64,000 nt of DNA from Chiloscyllium plagiosum (taxonomy: Eukaryota), in NCBI RefSeq assembly GCF_004010195.1, contig NC_057728.1, forward strand, positions 49,875,308-49,939,307, given 5' to 3'. Under the pieces are notes generated by a model. That model was not told the DNA's origin, did not search any database, and saw nothing but the letters and a program-made list of their open reading frames with translations. Every line of letters begins with the position of its first letter. Within the stretch, counting starts at the first letter, position 1. Position numbers and translations under genes: made by a program. Below, in pieces: positions 25,421 to 37,079 of this stretch.

Positions 25421-25518
25421 TCGAAAGTGTGGTGCTGGAAAAGCACAGCAGGTGCTGCCTGACCTACTGTGCTATTCCAGCACCACACTCTCGACTCTAA
25501 TCTTCAGCATCACTTTCG
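25421..25518. mobile_element. Short palindromic family A element with the centre (hammerheads) missing
   Basis: Inverted arms. 16-bp TSD cctagctctttgaaag at 25405-25420 and 25519-25534. Confidence 0.8.
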
Positions 25519-25759
25519 CCTAGCTCTTTGAAAGAACTATCCAATAGCCTCATATTCAAATAATCATAGAGGTCTACAGCACAGAAACAGGCCCTTCAGC
25601 TCCAAGCTGGTCAAAAACAACCACCTAATTATTCTAATCCCATTGCTAGCTCATGGTTCATAGCCTTATATGCCTTAGCATCGCACGTGCACATCTAAAC
25701 ACTTCTTAAATGTTATGCTGCTTTCAGACTACCACTGCGCCCACTTTATCCACTGGCTT

Positions 25760-26963
25760 GGCGCCACCTTGCCACCTCGTGATCCCGCGAGGAGGTTGAG
25801 CAATTCATCAACTTCACCAACACATTCCACCCTGACCTTAAGTTTACCTGGACCATCTCTGACACCTCCCTCCCCTTCCTGGACTCTCCATCTCCATTAA
25901 TGACGACCGACTTGACACTGACATTTTTTACAAACCCACCGACTCCCACAGCTACCTGGATTACACCTCTTCAAACCCTACCTCCTGCAAAAATGCCATC
26001 CCGTATTCCCAATTCCTCCACCTCTGCCGTATCTGCTCCCAGGAGGACCAGTTCCACCACAGAACACACCAGATGGCCTCCTTCTTTAAAGACCGCAATT
26101 TCCCTTCCCACGTGGTTAAAGATGCACTCCAACTCACCTCGTCCACATCCCGCACCTCCGCCCTCAGACCCCACCCCTCCAACCGTAACAAGGACAGAAC
26201 GCCCCTGGTGCTCATCTTACACCCTACCAACCTTCGCATAAACCAAATCATCCGCCGACATTTCTGCCACCTCCAAAAAGACCCCATCACCAGGGATATA
26301 TTTCCCTTCCCACCCCTTTCCGCCTTCTGCAAAGACCGTTCCCTCCGTGACNNNNNNNNNNNNNNNNNNNNNNNNNNNNNNNNNNNNNNNNNNNNNNNNN
26401 NNNNNNNNNNNNNNNNNNNNNNNNNNNNNNNNNNNNNNNNNNNNNNNNNNNNNNNNNNNNNNNNNNNNNNNNNNNNNNNNNNNNNNNNNNNNNNNNNNNN
26501 NNNNNNNNNNNNNNNNNNNNNNNNNNNNNNNNNNNNNNNNNNNNNNNNNNNNNNNNNNNNNNNNNNNNNNNNNNNNNNNNNNNNNNNNNNNNNNNNNNNN
26601 NNNNNNNNNNNNNNNNNNNNNNNNNNNNNNNNNNNNNNNNNNNNNNNNNNNNNNNNNNNNNNNNNNNNNNNNNNNNNNNNNNNNNNNNNNNNNNNNNNNN
26701 NNNNNNNNNNNNNNNNNNNNNNNNNNNNNNNNNNNNNNNNNNNNNNNNNNNNNNNNNNNCTCCCAGACCTATCATCTTCATCTCCTCCCCACTCACCCAT
26801 TGTACTCTACGCTACTTTCTCCCCACCCCCCCCCTCCTCTAGCTTATCTCTCCACGCTTCAGGCTCAGTGCCTTTATTCCTGATGAAGGGCTTTTGCCCG
26901 AAACGTCGATTTCGCTGCTCCTTGGATGCTGCCTGAACTGCTGTGCTCTTCCAGCACCACTGA
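25760..26963 (+). mobile_element. Penelope-like element, RT C-terminal region to 3' end, spanning an assembly gap
   Basis: Contains FTNTFHPDLKFTW, LPFLD, YKPTDSHSYL and IPYSQFL.L.RICS. The 3' end has an intact hammerhead core at 26880-26907. Confidence 0.9.
26352..26759. other. Assembly gap (408 N)
   Basis: Run of N. Confidence 1.
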
Positions 26964-26984
26964 TACCCTAAGGGACCAGTGTAT

Positions 26985-27297
26985 GGGGCAGCATGGTGGT
27001 TCAGTGGTTAGCACTGCTACCTCACAGCAGCAAAGGCCCAGGTTCAATCCCCACCTTGGGCGGCTGTCTGTGTGGAGTTTGCACATTCTCCCCGTGTCTG
27101 TGTAGGTTTCCTCCGGGTGCTCCGGGTTTCCTCCCACAATCCAAAGATGTGCAGGTTAGGTGAATTGGCCAAGCTAAGTTGCCCATAGTGTTAGGTTCAT
27201 TAGTCGGGTGGAATGGGTCTTGGTGGGTTACTCTTCAGAGGGTCGGTGTGGACTTGTTGGGCCAAAGGGCCAGTTTCCATACTGTAAGTAATCTAAC
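26985..27297 (+). mobile_element. HE1/V-SINE-like tRNA-derived SINE
   Basis: A-box tggttcagtggtt and B-box ggttcaatccc. Central core gtgtggagtttgcacattctccccgtgtctg. Confidence 0.85.
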
Positions 27298-29363
27298 CTA
27301 CATGCACCCCATGATCCCTCTGATCCTCAGTGCTTCCTAAAGTTCTACTGTCCATCATGTATTCCTTTGCCTTGTTTGTCCTGCTCAAGTGCATCACCTC
27401 ACATTTATCCAGATTAAATTCCATATGTCACTGATCAACCTATCTGACCAGTCTGTCTCTGTCTTCTTCTAGTCTAAGTCACTACACCACCAATTTTTGC
27501 AAACTGATCAACCCTCCTACATTCAAGTCTGTATCATTTCTATGTACCACAAAGAACAAGGGCCCCAACACTGACTCTGTGGAACCCCAGTGGGCATTCA
27601 GAAACACACCCTTCCAACATCACTCTGCTTCCTGTCGCTCAACCATTTGTGGATCCAATTTGCCAAATTTCCTTGAATCCCATAGGCTATCAGTTCCCCT
27701 GTGGGATCTTATCAAAAGCCTCACCGAAGTCCAAGTAGATTTGATCAAAAGCATTGCCTTCATCTACACACTTGGTCACCTCTTCAAAACATTCAATCAA
27801 GTTGATTCCTAACCCTACCATTCCTAACCCTCCCTCTGTCGTGCTGCCTTTAACGTTCTTATTTGCAACTGAAACTGTAAATTAAAATCATGATGTTTCT
27901 AATCTGCTTTATAGATTTTACTAATGATGAATTACTCAGATTCTCATTCTCAGGAGAGGAATGGTTAAAGGTGACGTTTTACAAGCATTGTGTCCTCATA
28001 CCAATTTCCGAAAGCAAGTTATTTTTCAAATTTCCTTATTGTTCTACTTTTGACATTTCCAGGACCAACTATTCTTTCACTGTCCTTAATGGTCTCTCAC
28101 TTTCAACCCTCTGTATACTTCAGCTCAGCAAATACTGTATACTTTGCTCCCCATATCCTGTAATGCTGACAGTGGTGAATGGAAGAGGCAAAGGGTAGCA
28201 ACTGAATGAAAGTACAAAGCTGTTTTACACAAAGTTGAGTGCTGGGGCTACTGTTGTTCACAATTTATATTTACAAGTAGTCACTTGGTGCAAAATTTGA
28301 GTATTGCTGATAAAGAATCCAGTTACTAGTCAATCAGGACTCTCTTATTATGTAGTACACTCTAGGTTTATCGTTACATGGGTATTACTTCCTGATGAAT
28401 GCAAGACAGAAAGCTTCAACAAAATACTAACAATTTAGACTTTGCATTAATACACATTGTCTCAAAACCTGTGGGCAACACGAATTTAGGGATATAGTTA
28501 TGATAATTAAATTTCCCCACTATCAACATCTTGTGGGTTACCCTTGTTGACCAGAAACTGAACTGGTCATTCAAATACAGTGGCCTCAAGACCAGGTCAG
28601 ATGCTGGGAGTTCAGCAGTGAATAACTCATCTCCTGACTGATAGAGTCAGAGAGTCATAAGTTATAAAGCACACACAGACCCTTCGGTCCAACTCATCCA
28701 TGCCAACAGGAGATCCCAATCTGACTTAGTCCTATTTGCCACCTCAAGTCTTGTCATCCATTTGCAAGTGACAAATCAGGAGTCTGATGGAATCCTCTCC
28801 ACTTACCTGGATGAGTTCAGCTCAAACTACAACCACATAGCGTGACACTATCAAGCACAACACAGCCAATTTGACTGGCACCAAGTCCAGCTCCTCCACC
28901 TCCCCCTCTGATGCTGAATGGCAGCAATGTGTTACCCTGTAAGATTCACTGCAGCAATACATCAAGGCTCCTTCGACAGCCATGATTGAAACTGATTTCA
29001 CCAACTTTGTGTTTCCATGTAACTGCTTGCCTTGGCCCTCTAAATGATGGAGATCAAATGATGGAAGGTGCTGTCAGAAGTGCTGCCATGCATCTTGGAG
29101 ATGGTACTGTTTACCAGTGTCAGAGGGAGTAAATATTGAAGGTGGTGGATAGGATGTGGATGAGGCTTTGTCCCAGATGATGTCAAGCATCTTGAGTGCA
29201 TGTACTCATCCAGACAAATGGAGTAAGATAACCCGCAGTGTTCATTCAGCAAGATCAATGCTGCATTTTACCCAACATGCAGGATCCAGGCATTTCAGGC
29301 AGGATTGCAACAGATACATTTGAAGAAACCTTTGGATTTATAGTTGTTCACTTATCTTTTCAG

Positions 29364-29470
29364 CTGTTATCAGCCAGAAGGAATTTATTGAAGGAGCTCT
29401 GGGAGATCAGTGGATCCGTGCAATGTTGGAATGTGATCCCAATACAGTTGATGTTCCAAGGTCTCCTTAG
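29364..29470 (+). CDS. gcip: GCIP coding exon 5 (A VISQKEFIEGALGDQWIRAMLECDPNTVDVPRSP*)
   Basis: Acceptor tatcttttcag, phase 1 completes codon GCT. Contains the end of EF4 (EFIEGA) and a TAG stop at 29468-29470. Total CDS is 567 nt, 188 aa. Confidence 0.92.
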
Positions 29471-29603
29471 ATGTCTCACTCTGCTTATGAACGCTTCATA
29501 TTGAAAATTCAACAGGCTTGATGTGAACGAGAGCGAAACCCAATCAGTCAGGAGGGAAACAGCTGTGAAGAATGCAAAGTTAAAGGGAAGTACTGGTACT
29601 GAA

Positions 29604-29609
29604 AATAAA
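29604..29609 (+). promoter_or_regulatory. Candidate polyadenylation signal of GCIP
   Basis: First AATAAA after the stop codon, about 130 nt downstream. Confidence 0.45.
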
Positions 29610-31636
29610 AGGAACATTCTGAAATCAACATCTAAGGACAGAATTCACAATTTTATCACATGTTATCACATTTGTCCCACATGCCAGTGTTGAAAAATGC
29701 AAGAAGCAACTTTCTAATAAGGAGAGATGATAATATCACATGTAATTCTGAGGCTAATGTTCCTGCAGCTAGGGTTCAAATCTCCCACAGCTGTCCGTGA
29801 AATTTGAATTCAACTAATAAACCTGAAGCTTGAAACTACATTGGCAAACATTCACTTCCTCCACACCGACGCTCAGTATGTACCATTTACAGTAAAACTT
29901 CACTGGAGCTGCTTCGACAGTACCGATCAAATTTGTGATTACTAACATGAAGATGGACAAAGGGAGCAAGTACATGGGAATGTTAACCCTGAAAGTTCCC
30001 CTCCAACCACACACACAACTTGGAAATGTATTGCTGTTCCTTCAGTACCACTGGGTCTAGATCCTGGAACTCTCACCCTAACAACACTGTGGATGCATCC
30101 ACACCCTATAGATTGCAGCAAATCATGAAGACAGTTCACCATTATCTTCCTCAGGGCAACTAAGGATCCAGCCAGCATCGCCCACACCTTGTGAATGAAG
30201 AATAAGCAGGTTATTAAGCCAGTGAGTGTGAAACGATCATCGATTATTGTATAAACCCATTTGGTTCTCTAATGTCCTTCAGGGAAGAAATTCTGTCATC
30301 CTTACTTGGTCTGGCCAACATATGACCCCAAGGAATGTAGTGTGTCTCTTAATCGACCGTGTGCAGTTATTATACTGAGCCACTCAGTCCCAGGGCTAGC
30401 CTTGCCAATAATTTCCAATGAATTAAAGAAAAAATCTTGGCATAAGTGAGCTAAACCCTGATTTGACAACATCATGGACCATAGGATAAAGATTCGCTGT
30501 ACTATATTTGCATGCTCCAGAATGACGCATCACTCAATGCCAGAGTGCACTGCCTCTGATAATTCAGTCTAAACAGGATAGCAATTGCTCAGAGGGGAGC
30601 TCTGAATTCAAAGGGCATGGTTCAGGACTCCACTCTAGAGATTTAGACATTGCATTGTAAGAGTGAGCGAAAGTTAAACGGTCAGAGATGAGTTTTTTGG
30701 ACGAGTTTATTCATTCATGCAGGTGGCATGGGTGTCATTGTGTGAGCCAGCAATAATTGTCCATTCCTGGTTGCCATTGAGAAGGTGGTAGTGAGCTGCC
30801 TTCTTGAACTGCTGCAGGTAGAACCACAATACCATTATGGTGCAGGCTCCAAATGCTAACCTTACTCTGCCCTCTCAGGTGAACACAAAAATCCAATGAT
30901 CACTATTTTAAGGAAGAGCAGGAGAATAGTTGCCAATGTTTCTGGTTGATTCTCATCTCTCAATTGACATCTCTAAGTGGATTATTAATTCATTATCATT
31001 TTTATGGTGTGCACAAATTTGCTGCCTTTCCCATCATTACACCAGTGGTTGGTCTTCAGAAGGATTTCATTGGCTGTAAAGTGCTTTGGCGTGCACTGAG
31101 GAGGTACATGGCTCTATAGAAATGCAAGTTCTATCTTTTTACTTCCTGTAATGAGCTGTAGGAACAGTAAAATGGAATTTTGCTTCCTCAATCTCTGCTG
31201 CTTTGCATTATTGCAACATTATCTAATATGTAGTTCAACCAAACTATCTTTGCAGACCAACAGCAGCGTATTAGAACAACTTTAATGTTATGTACCAAGG
31301 AGGTGCAGCTCCTGGATGCTATTGTTACTATGGCACAGTATGTGATTCAATTTCTCAATATGATTTAGACTGTAAAGAGGACATTTGGATCAGATTACTT
31401 CTAATAAATAGAAATGTCAGAATGAAACTTGATAATCTGTCTCATTTGGAACTACACAAAGGGCAGAGCCTTATTGGAGTTTGGGTGATGTGGGACTGTA
31501 ATGAGACATGTGGGACAATTGAACAACAAGTCTAGAAAGGCCTATCTCAACATCAGAAGCACTTCCTCCATCTTATATGCTTTTAATAAGCGATATGGTA
31601 AGTTTCTTGTAGTCAGCAGTGAGTTTACAATAACAT

Positions 31637-32090
31637 AGAGTCATAGAGTTATACAGAACGGAAACAGACCCTTCGGTTCAACTCATCCATGCTGACCAGA
31701 TATCCTAAATTAATCTAGTCCCATTTGTCAGGATTTGACCCATCTTCCTCTGAACCCTCCTTATTCATACACCCATCCAGATGCCTGTTAAATGCTGTAA
31801 TTGTACTAGCCTCCACCACTTCCTCAGGCAGCTCATTTCATGCATGCACCACCCTCTGTGTGAAAAAGTTGTCCCGTAGATCTCTTTTAAATTTTTCACC
31901 TCTCATCTTAAGCCTATGCCATCTAATTTTGGACTCCCCTACCCTGGGGAAAAGACCTTGGCTAGTTACCCTATCCATACCCTTCATGATTTTATAAGCC
32001 TCTACAAGGTCTTCCCTCAGCCTCTGATGCCCCCAGGGAAAATATCCCCAGTCTATTCAGCCTCTCCCCATAGCTCAAACCCTCCACCCA
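31637..32090 (-). mobile_element. CR1 LINE 3' fragment
   Basis: (catagagt)n tail and the conserved 3' region shared with other copies. Confidence 0.8.
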
Positions 32091-32739
32091 GGTGATTATA
32101 ACTTGTTCACCATGTTGTTAACAGTGCAACTCGCCTCATTAATATTGAGCTTCATTATGCCTCTCTTTGGTAACACCCTGGATATATAAAGTCTGCTATT
32201 TCCTGGGGTGGTTCCAAATGTTAATGACATTAAGAAGTGCACAAAACTTTCTAATTTGCCTGACTTTCAGACCAGCTTGACTGCAAGCATAAACCAGGTT
32301 TCTGTACTTAATAAAAATTGCTATTTATTACAAGTAAATAGACTCCAGCTACAGATGAACAATTATGAACCATCAGCATTAAACTCTACTAGTTAAAACT
32401 CTAATTCCTTTATAACCTTGCCGGATACACACAAATACAGACACAGCCAGGGGAAAAGCATGGGCAGTGGGAAAGCCTCGGAAAGTAGTTGGTCAGTCCC
32501 TGTAAACAGCATCTGCTGAGATGATTCTTGCAGTGATCAAAGTACTGCTTCTCAGTCTTCCTCCTCTCACTTTTACTTGTGTTTTTATTTGTTTCCTGGA
32601 TGCTGATACTCATTTCAGCTTTATTAACTGAAATCAAATGCCAGCAGTTACCCTGCTCAGTACACAGCCCTATCCTTTCACAACAAGAATTACCCTGTGA
32701 CCAACCTTTCAAACATTGCTCACAGTCAGTACCTCAGCA

Positions 32740-32957
32740 AAGTTAAAAATCACACACCAGGTTATAGTCCAACAGGTTGAATTGGAAGCACTAGCTTTCG
32801 GAGTGCTGCTCCTTCATCAGGTGGTTGTGACATACACCTGATGAAGGAGCAGTTCTCCAAAAGCTAGTGCTTCCAATTAAACCCTGTTGGACTATAACCT
32901 GGTGTGTGATTTTTAACTTTGTCCACCCCAGTCCAAAACCGGCACCTCCAAATCATG
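32740..32957. mobile_element. Palindromic mini-element, family B, with twin hammerhead cores
   Basis: Inverted arms around 32830. Minus strand reads CAC CTGATGA A GGAG-cagca-CTCC GAAA GCTA GTG. TSD agtacctca(g/a)ca at 32728-32739 and 32958-32969. Confidence 0.8.
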
Positions 32958-33207
32958 AGTACCTCAACAGTAAGGGATCAGCTGGAAAGGGGATACCTTC
33001 AGCTCTCCTGTGGAGAATGACCTTTGTGTCTGGATGGATTTGCGTTACATTCCTGGATTAGCAGCCCCAGAGGTCACAGCAGATCAAATACCATTGGGGT
33101 GAAGTTGTGAAACAAAACTGAGAAAAGCTGTTCATTGACACTGGTTAGTAATGATAATCAAGTTTGCTGGATTTCTGGGAAACCCAATTGGTTCATTAGT
33201 CAGGAGA

Positions 33208-33680
33208 GTTGGGAGTGTGGTGCTGGGAAAGCACAGCAGGTCAGGCAGCAGCTGAGGAGCAGGAATGCCAATTCGATCTCTCTGATTATTCCTGATGTTC
33301 TGTACTTTTAGAATCCAGTTTGCAAACGTTGTTAAACAAATGGATGGTGGCTCTTAATTGAGGATAACTATAAGGAAGAAGCATGACACCCTATAGAGAA
33401 GAGGATGAGTATTTTGGTGAACGAACAGATGAGAACACAGTGCAGTTTATAGACTGAGAAGGATAGTTGTCCTCGAAAGGTAAATTGGTGTGAGGAGTGA
33501 AATGTGCTGCTGGAAAAGCATCATAGGTCAGGCAGCATCCAAGGAGCAGAAGAATCGATGTTTCGGGCATAAGCCCTGATGTTGATTCTCCTGATTCTCA
33601 GATGCTGCCTGACCTGCTGTGCTTTTCCAGCACCACACTCTTGTCTCTGATGTCCTGTATCTGCGGTCCTCACTTTCTCC
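33208..33680. mobile_element. Composite family A insertion: single arm, about 230 bp cargo, then a palindrome
   Basis: A 15-bp TSD tcattagtcaggaga at 33193-33207 and 33681-33695 brackets the whole unit. Confidence 0.75.
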
Positions 33681-33730
33681 TCATTAGTCAGGAGATCAAA
33701 GATTACAAGAAGAAGGTTGAGAACTATATT

Positions 33731-34070
33731 GGGCAATGGTTAGCACCGCTGCCTCACAGTGCCAGGGACCCGGGTTCAACTCCAGCCTCAGGTGACTATC
33801 TGTGTGGAGTTTGCTCATTCTCCCAGCGTCTGTGTGAGTTTCCTCAGCTGCTCTGGTTTCCTCCCACAATCCAAAGATATCCAGGTTAGGGGAATTGGCC
33901 ATGTTAAATTGCCCCATAGTGTCCAGGAATGTGCAAGCTAGGTGGATTAACCATGGGAAATGCAGGGTTACAGGGATAAGTAGTTATGTGGCTCCAGGTG
34001 GGATGGCCTTCAGAGGATTAGTGTGGACCCAATGGACTGCTTCCATACTGTAGGGATTCTATGATTCCAT
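33731..34070 (+). mobile_element. HE1/V-SINE-like SINE
   Basis: Same core as the copy at 26985-27297. Confidence 0.8.
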
Positions 34071-34171
34071 TTGAATGTCTGGATTACAGGTCCAGTGACC
34101 TGGAAAGTTACTAGCTGACAACAGATCAAAATTGTGGCATCTCCAGTGGTCCTTCTTAGACTGCGATAATC

Positions 34172-34507
34172 TTCATAGAATCCTTACATTGTGGAAACAG
34201 GCCCTTTGGTCCAGCAAGTCAACATCGACCCTCCGAAGATTAACCCACCGCAACTCATTCCTCAAACGTATTATTCTACATTCACCCTTCACTAATGCAT
34301 TGAACTTACGCATCTCTGAACACTATGGGCAATTTAGCATAGCCAATTCACCTAACCTGCACATCTTTGGACTGTGGGAGCACCCAGAGATAACCCATGC
34401 AGACACAGGGAGAATGTGCAAATTCCACACGGTCACCCGAAGCTATAATCGAACTGAGGGCCCTGATGCTGTGAGGCAGCCGTGCTAACTATTGAGCTAC
34501 CGTACTA
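34172..34507 (-). mobile_element. HE1/V-SINE-like SINE
   Basis: Reverse complement of the same core. Confidence 0.8.
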
Positions 34508-34686
34508 CCTGTAAACTTGAGGCTTTTCTCCAGTGGTAACATTATTAGTTGCACAAGACTCTCTTTATAATTCCACCTCTATTCTCAATGTTTCACAATG
34601 GAGGGGAAGGAGATTCAATAGTAACTTTCAAAGTGAATAAAGTGAGAAAAAATTGCAGGGTTTTGGAGAAAACAAAAGGGACTTGT

Positions 34687-35082
34687 CGGAGGCTGAAGGA
34701 TGACCTTATAGAATTTATAAAGTTATGAGGGGCATGGGTAGGATAAATAGACAAAGTCTCTTCCCTGGGGTGGGGGAGTCCAGAACTAGAGGGCATAAGT
34801 TGAGGGTGAGAGGGGAAAGATATAAAAGAGACCTAAGGGGCAACTTTTCCACACAGGGTGGTACGTGTATGGAATGAGCTGCCAGAGGAAGTGGTGGAGG
34901 CTGGTACGATTACAACATTTAAAAGGCATCTGGATGGTATATGAATAGGAAGGGTTTGGAGGGATATGGGCCTGGCGCTAGCAGGTGGGACTAGATTGGT
35001 TTGGGATATCTAGTCAGCATGGATGAGTTGGCCCAAAGGGTCGGTTTCCATGCTGTACATCCCTATGACTCTATGACTCTAT
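34687..35082 (+). mobile_element. CR1 LINE 3' fragment
   Basis: Conserved 3' region ending in (ctatgact)n. Confidence 0.8.
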
Positions 35083-35496
35083 AACTGGCACAGGCACGTT
35101 GGGCTGAAGGGCCTCCAAATGTGTCTCATTGATCCACGCTGGTCCCGGAAAATCTGGACTCAGGCATGCAAAAAGGCATGGTGAGAGCGGAAGGATATCT
35201 GACACAGATTGAGAAAGTTCCTCTCTGTTTCTCTGAAAAATCAACTGGAAGTGCATCGAAGGAAATCAGCAGAAGCTGTGTTCACAAGACTTATTTTTAG
35301 AAAAGAAAGCAGTAGTGCAGCCTAGAAGTGGATTGATGTGTTCTTCTGTTTTGACGTATCAGTGAGGATTTCCTGGTGCACTGAGCAAAACAAGCATGGG
35401 GATTTTCATTGTGTTCCCTTGGAGCCAATCACTCGAGATATCAGTCGGACAAGCACTATTACAGCCATCCTATGTGATATCATCTAATGTGAACTT

Positions 35497-35694
35497 AGAC
35501 TTTGTCTATTTATCCTATCCATGCCCCTCATAACTTTATAAATTCTATAAGGTCATCCTTCAGCCTCCGACAAGTCCCTTTTGTTTTCTCCAAAACCCTG
35601 CAATTTTTTCTCACTTTATTCACTTTGAAAGTTACTATTGAATCTCCTTCCCCTCCATTGTGAAACATTGAGAATAGAGGTTACAAAGAGAGTC
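35497..35694 (-). repeat. Inverted duplicate of 34557-34759
   Basis: About 200 bp of near-identical reverse complement, including a junction between two repeat fragments. Confidence 0.9.
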
Positions 35695-35777
35695 ATTTCT
35701 GTTCTCTCTCTCTAAACTACAAAGACTATATCTGTTTTATTTTTCTGCATTTTTGTTTGTGGACTGAATTGGGTAAA

Positions 35778-35975
35778 TGAGAAAGTGAGGACTACAGATG
35801 TTGTGGAGATCAAAAAGCTGGAAAAGCACAACAGGTCAGGCAGCATCCAAAGAGCAGGAGAGTCGACATTTTGGGCATAAGCCTTTCATCAGGACTTATG
35901 CCTGAAATGTTGACTCTCCTGCTCCTCGGATGCTGCCTGACCTGCTGAGCTTTTCCAGTGCCGCACTTTTTGACT
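35778..35975. mobile_element. Palindromic Penelope-derived mini-element, family A
   Basis: Inverted arms. TSD ctgaattgg(g/c)taaa at 35764-35777 and 35976-35989. Confidence 0.8.
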
Positions 35976-37079
35976 CTGAATTGGCTAAAGAATTATTTTC
36001 AAAGCCAAGGGAGGTTAAAGAATAATTGCACTTTTTAAAAGCATGTTACCCCAACCATGAATATAAATGGTGTTGGCTCAAGCAGTGGGAAAGCCCTCTT
36101 GTAAATAGTCTGGAGCCAGGGGGGTGTCTACCAACGAGGATACAACCGCAACAAGTGACTGATTGGTCTGTGGACTGGAGACCAGTTATTGATGACAAAG
36201 GCTTGCTGCCTGCCAACAACTACATGATTGGCTCCCAGGTAACTGAACAGCTTGTGGGTGTGAACGTTCAGGTCAGAAGCTATCGGACCTCCAGAAGGGA
36301 AGGAATTGTTTTTTTGCTCTAGTGTAAAAAGGCATCTCATATCTGAAAACAGCCAGTTTATCTTTCTCCTCATCAATTAGTGTAAGCTGTGATTTAACTA
36401 ATGTCAGAGACCTTTATACTTCTAAGCCATACACCTGTACCTCCTGCAAACAAGCAAACGTATCAAGAGAAGAAAAAATTGAAGTGGCAGCTTCTTGACA
36501 AGCAAAAGGAACATCTTTGAAAGCAACCATTGAACTGCCTTCCCATCCTTTCCCTCCACTTGTAATGCCCATTTTTATTTGGTGTCTGTACATATATGTG
36601 GAGGGAGAGTTTCTAAGGAGGATAGTGTTTTAACAAGTCGTAGTATGCTGATGATTCATAATTGTTTACTGTCTATCTATTTCCCATAAATAGTAATTAA
36701 CTTAAGTGCAGAAATCTGGCCTCTGCTTTCTGTCAACCTGGGTCTAAAAGACAGGTAAATTGGGGAATTCTGCTTTCTTTGAAATTTTTTTTAACTTTTA
36801 CGATGACTGCAGGAATAGCAGGGCTTGATTTTCAACATGCTAACCCAATGAGGAGTAACAATATCGCACTCTGAAAAGTTTCCTTCCCGATTTCATAAAT
36901 GTTCCTGTTGCTGAAGTTAGCAAATAATCAAGACCATAGGCCAGGATTGAATTTCCTCCCTTATCAACTTCACAATTCATATCTGCTTGTGGTTAAGTTT
37001 TACAAACAGCCTATACTACCAGATCAGCACACTAGGGTCTCTCAATGGCAGACACACGTCATCTCTGGCTTGCAGAGTT

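Noticed and set aside
25961..26936. Long ORFs containing X runs
   Set aside because: They are inflated by the N gap. The real part is Penelope RT sequence.
27890..28198. 102-aa ORF with a cag acceptor-like site as an extra GCIP exon
   Set aside because: Exon 4 splices in frame to 29364 and completes EF4. This ORF has no family similarity.
36040..36861. Possible solo LTR (TG...gtaaca)
   Set aside because: It has LTR-like character, but I could not define a 5' boundary, a TSD or a second copy.
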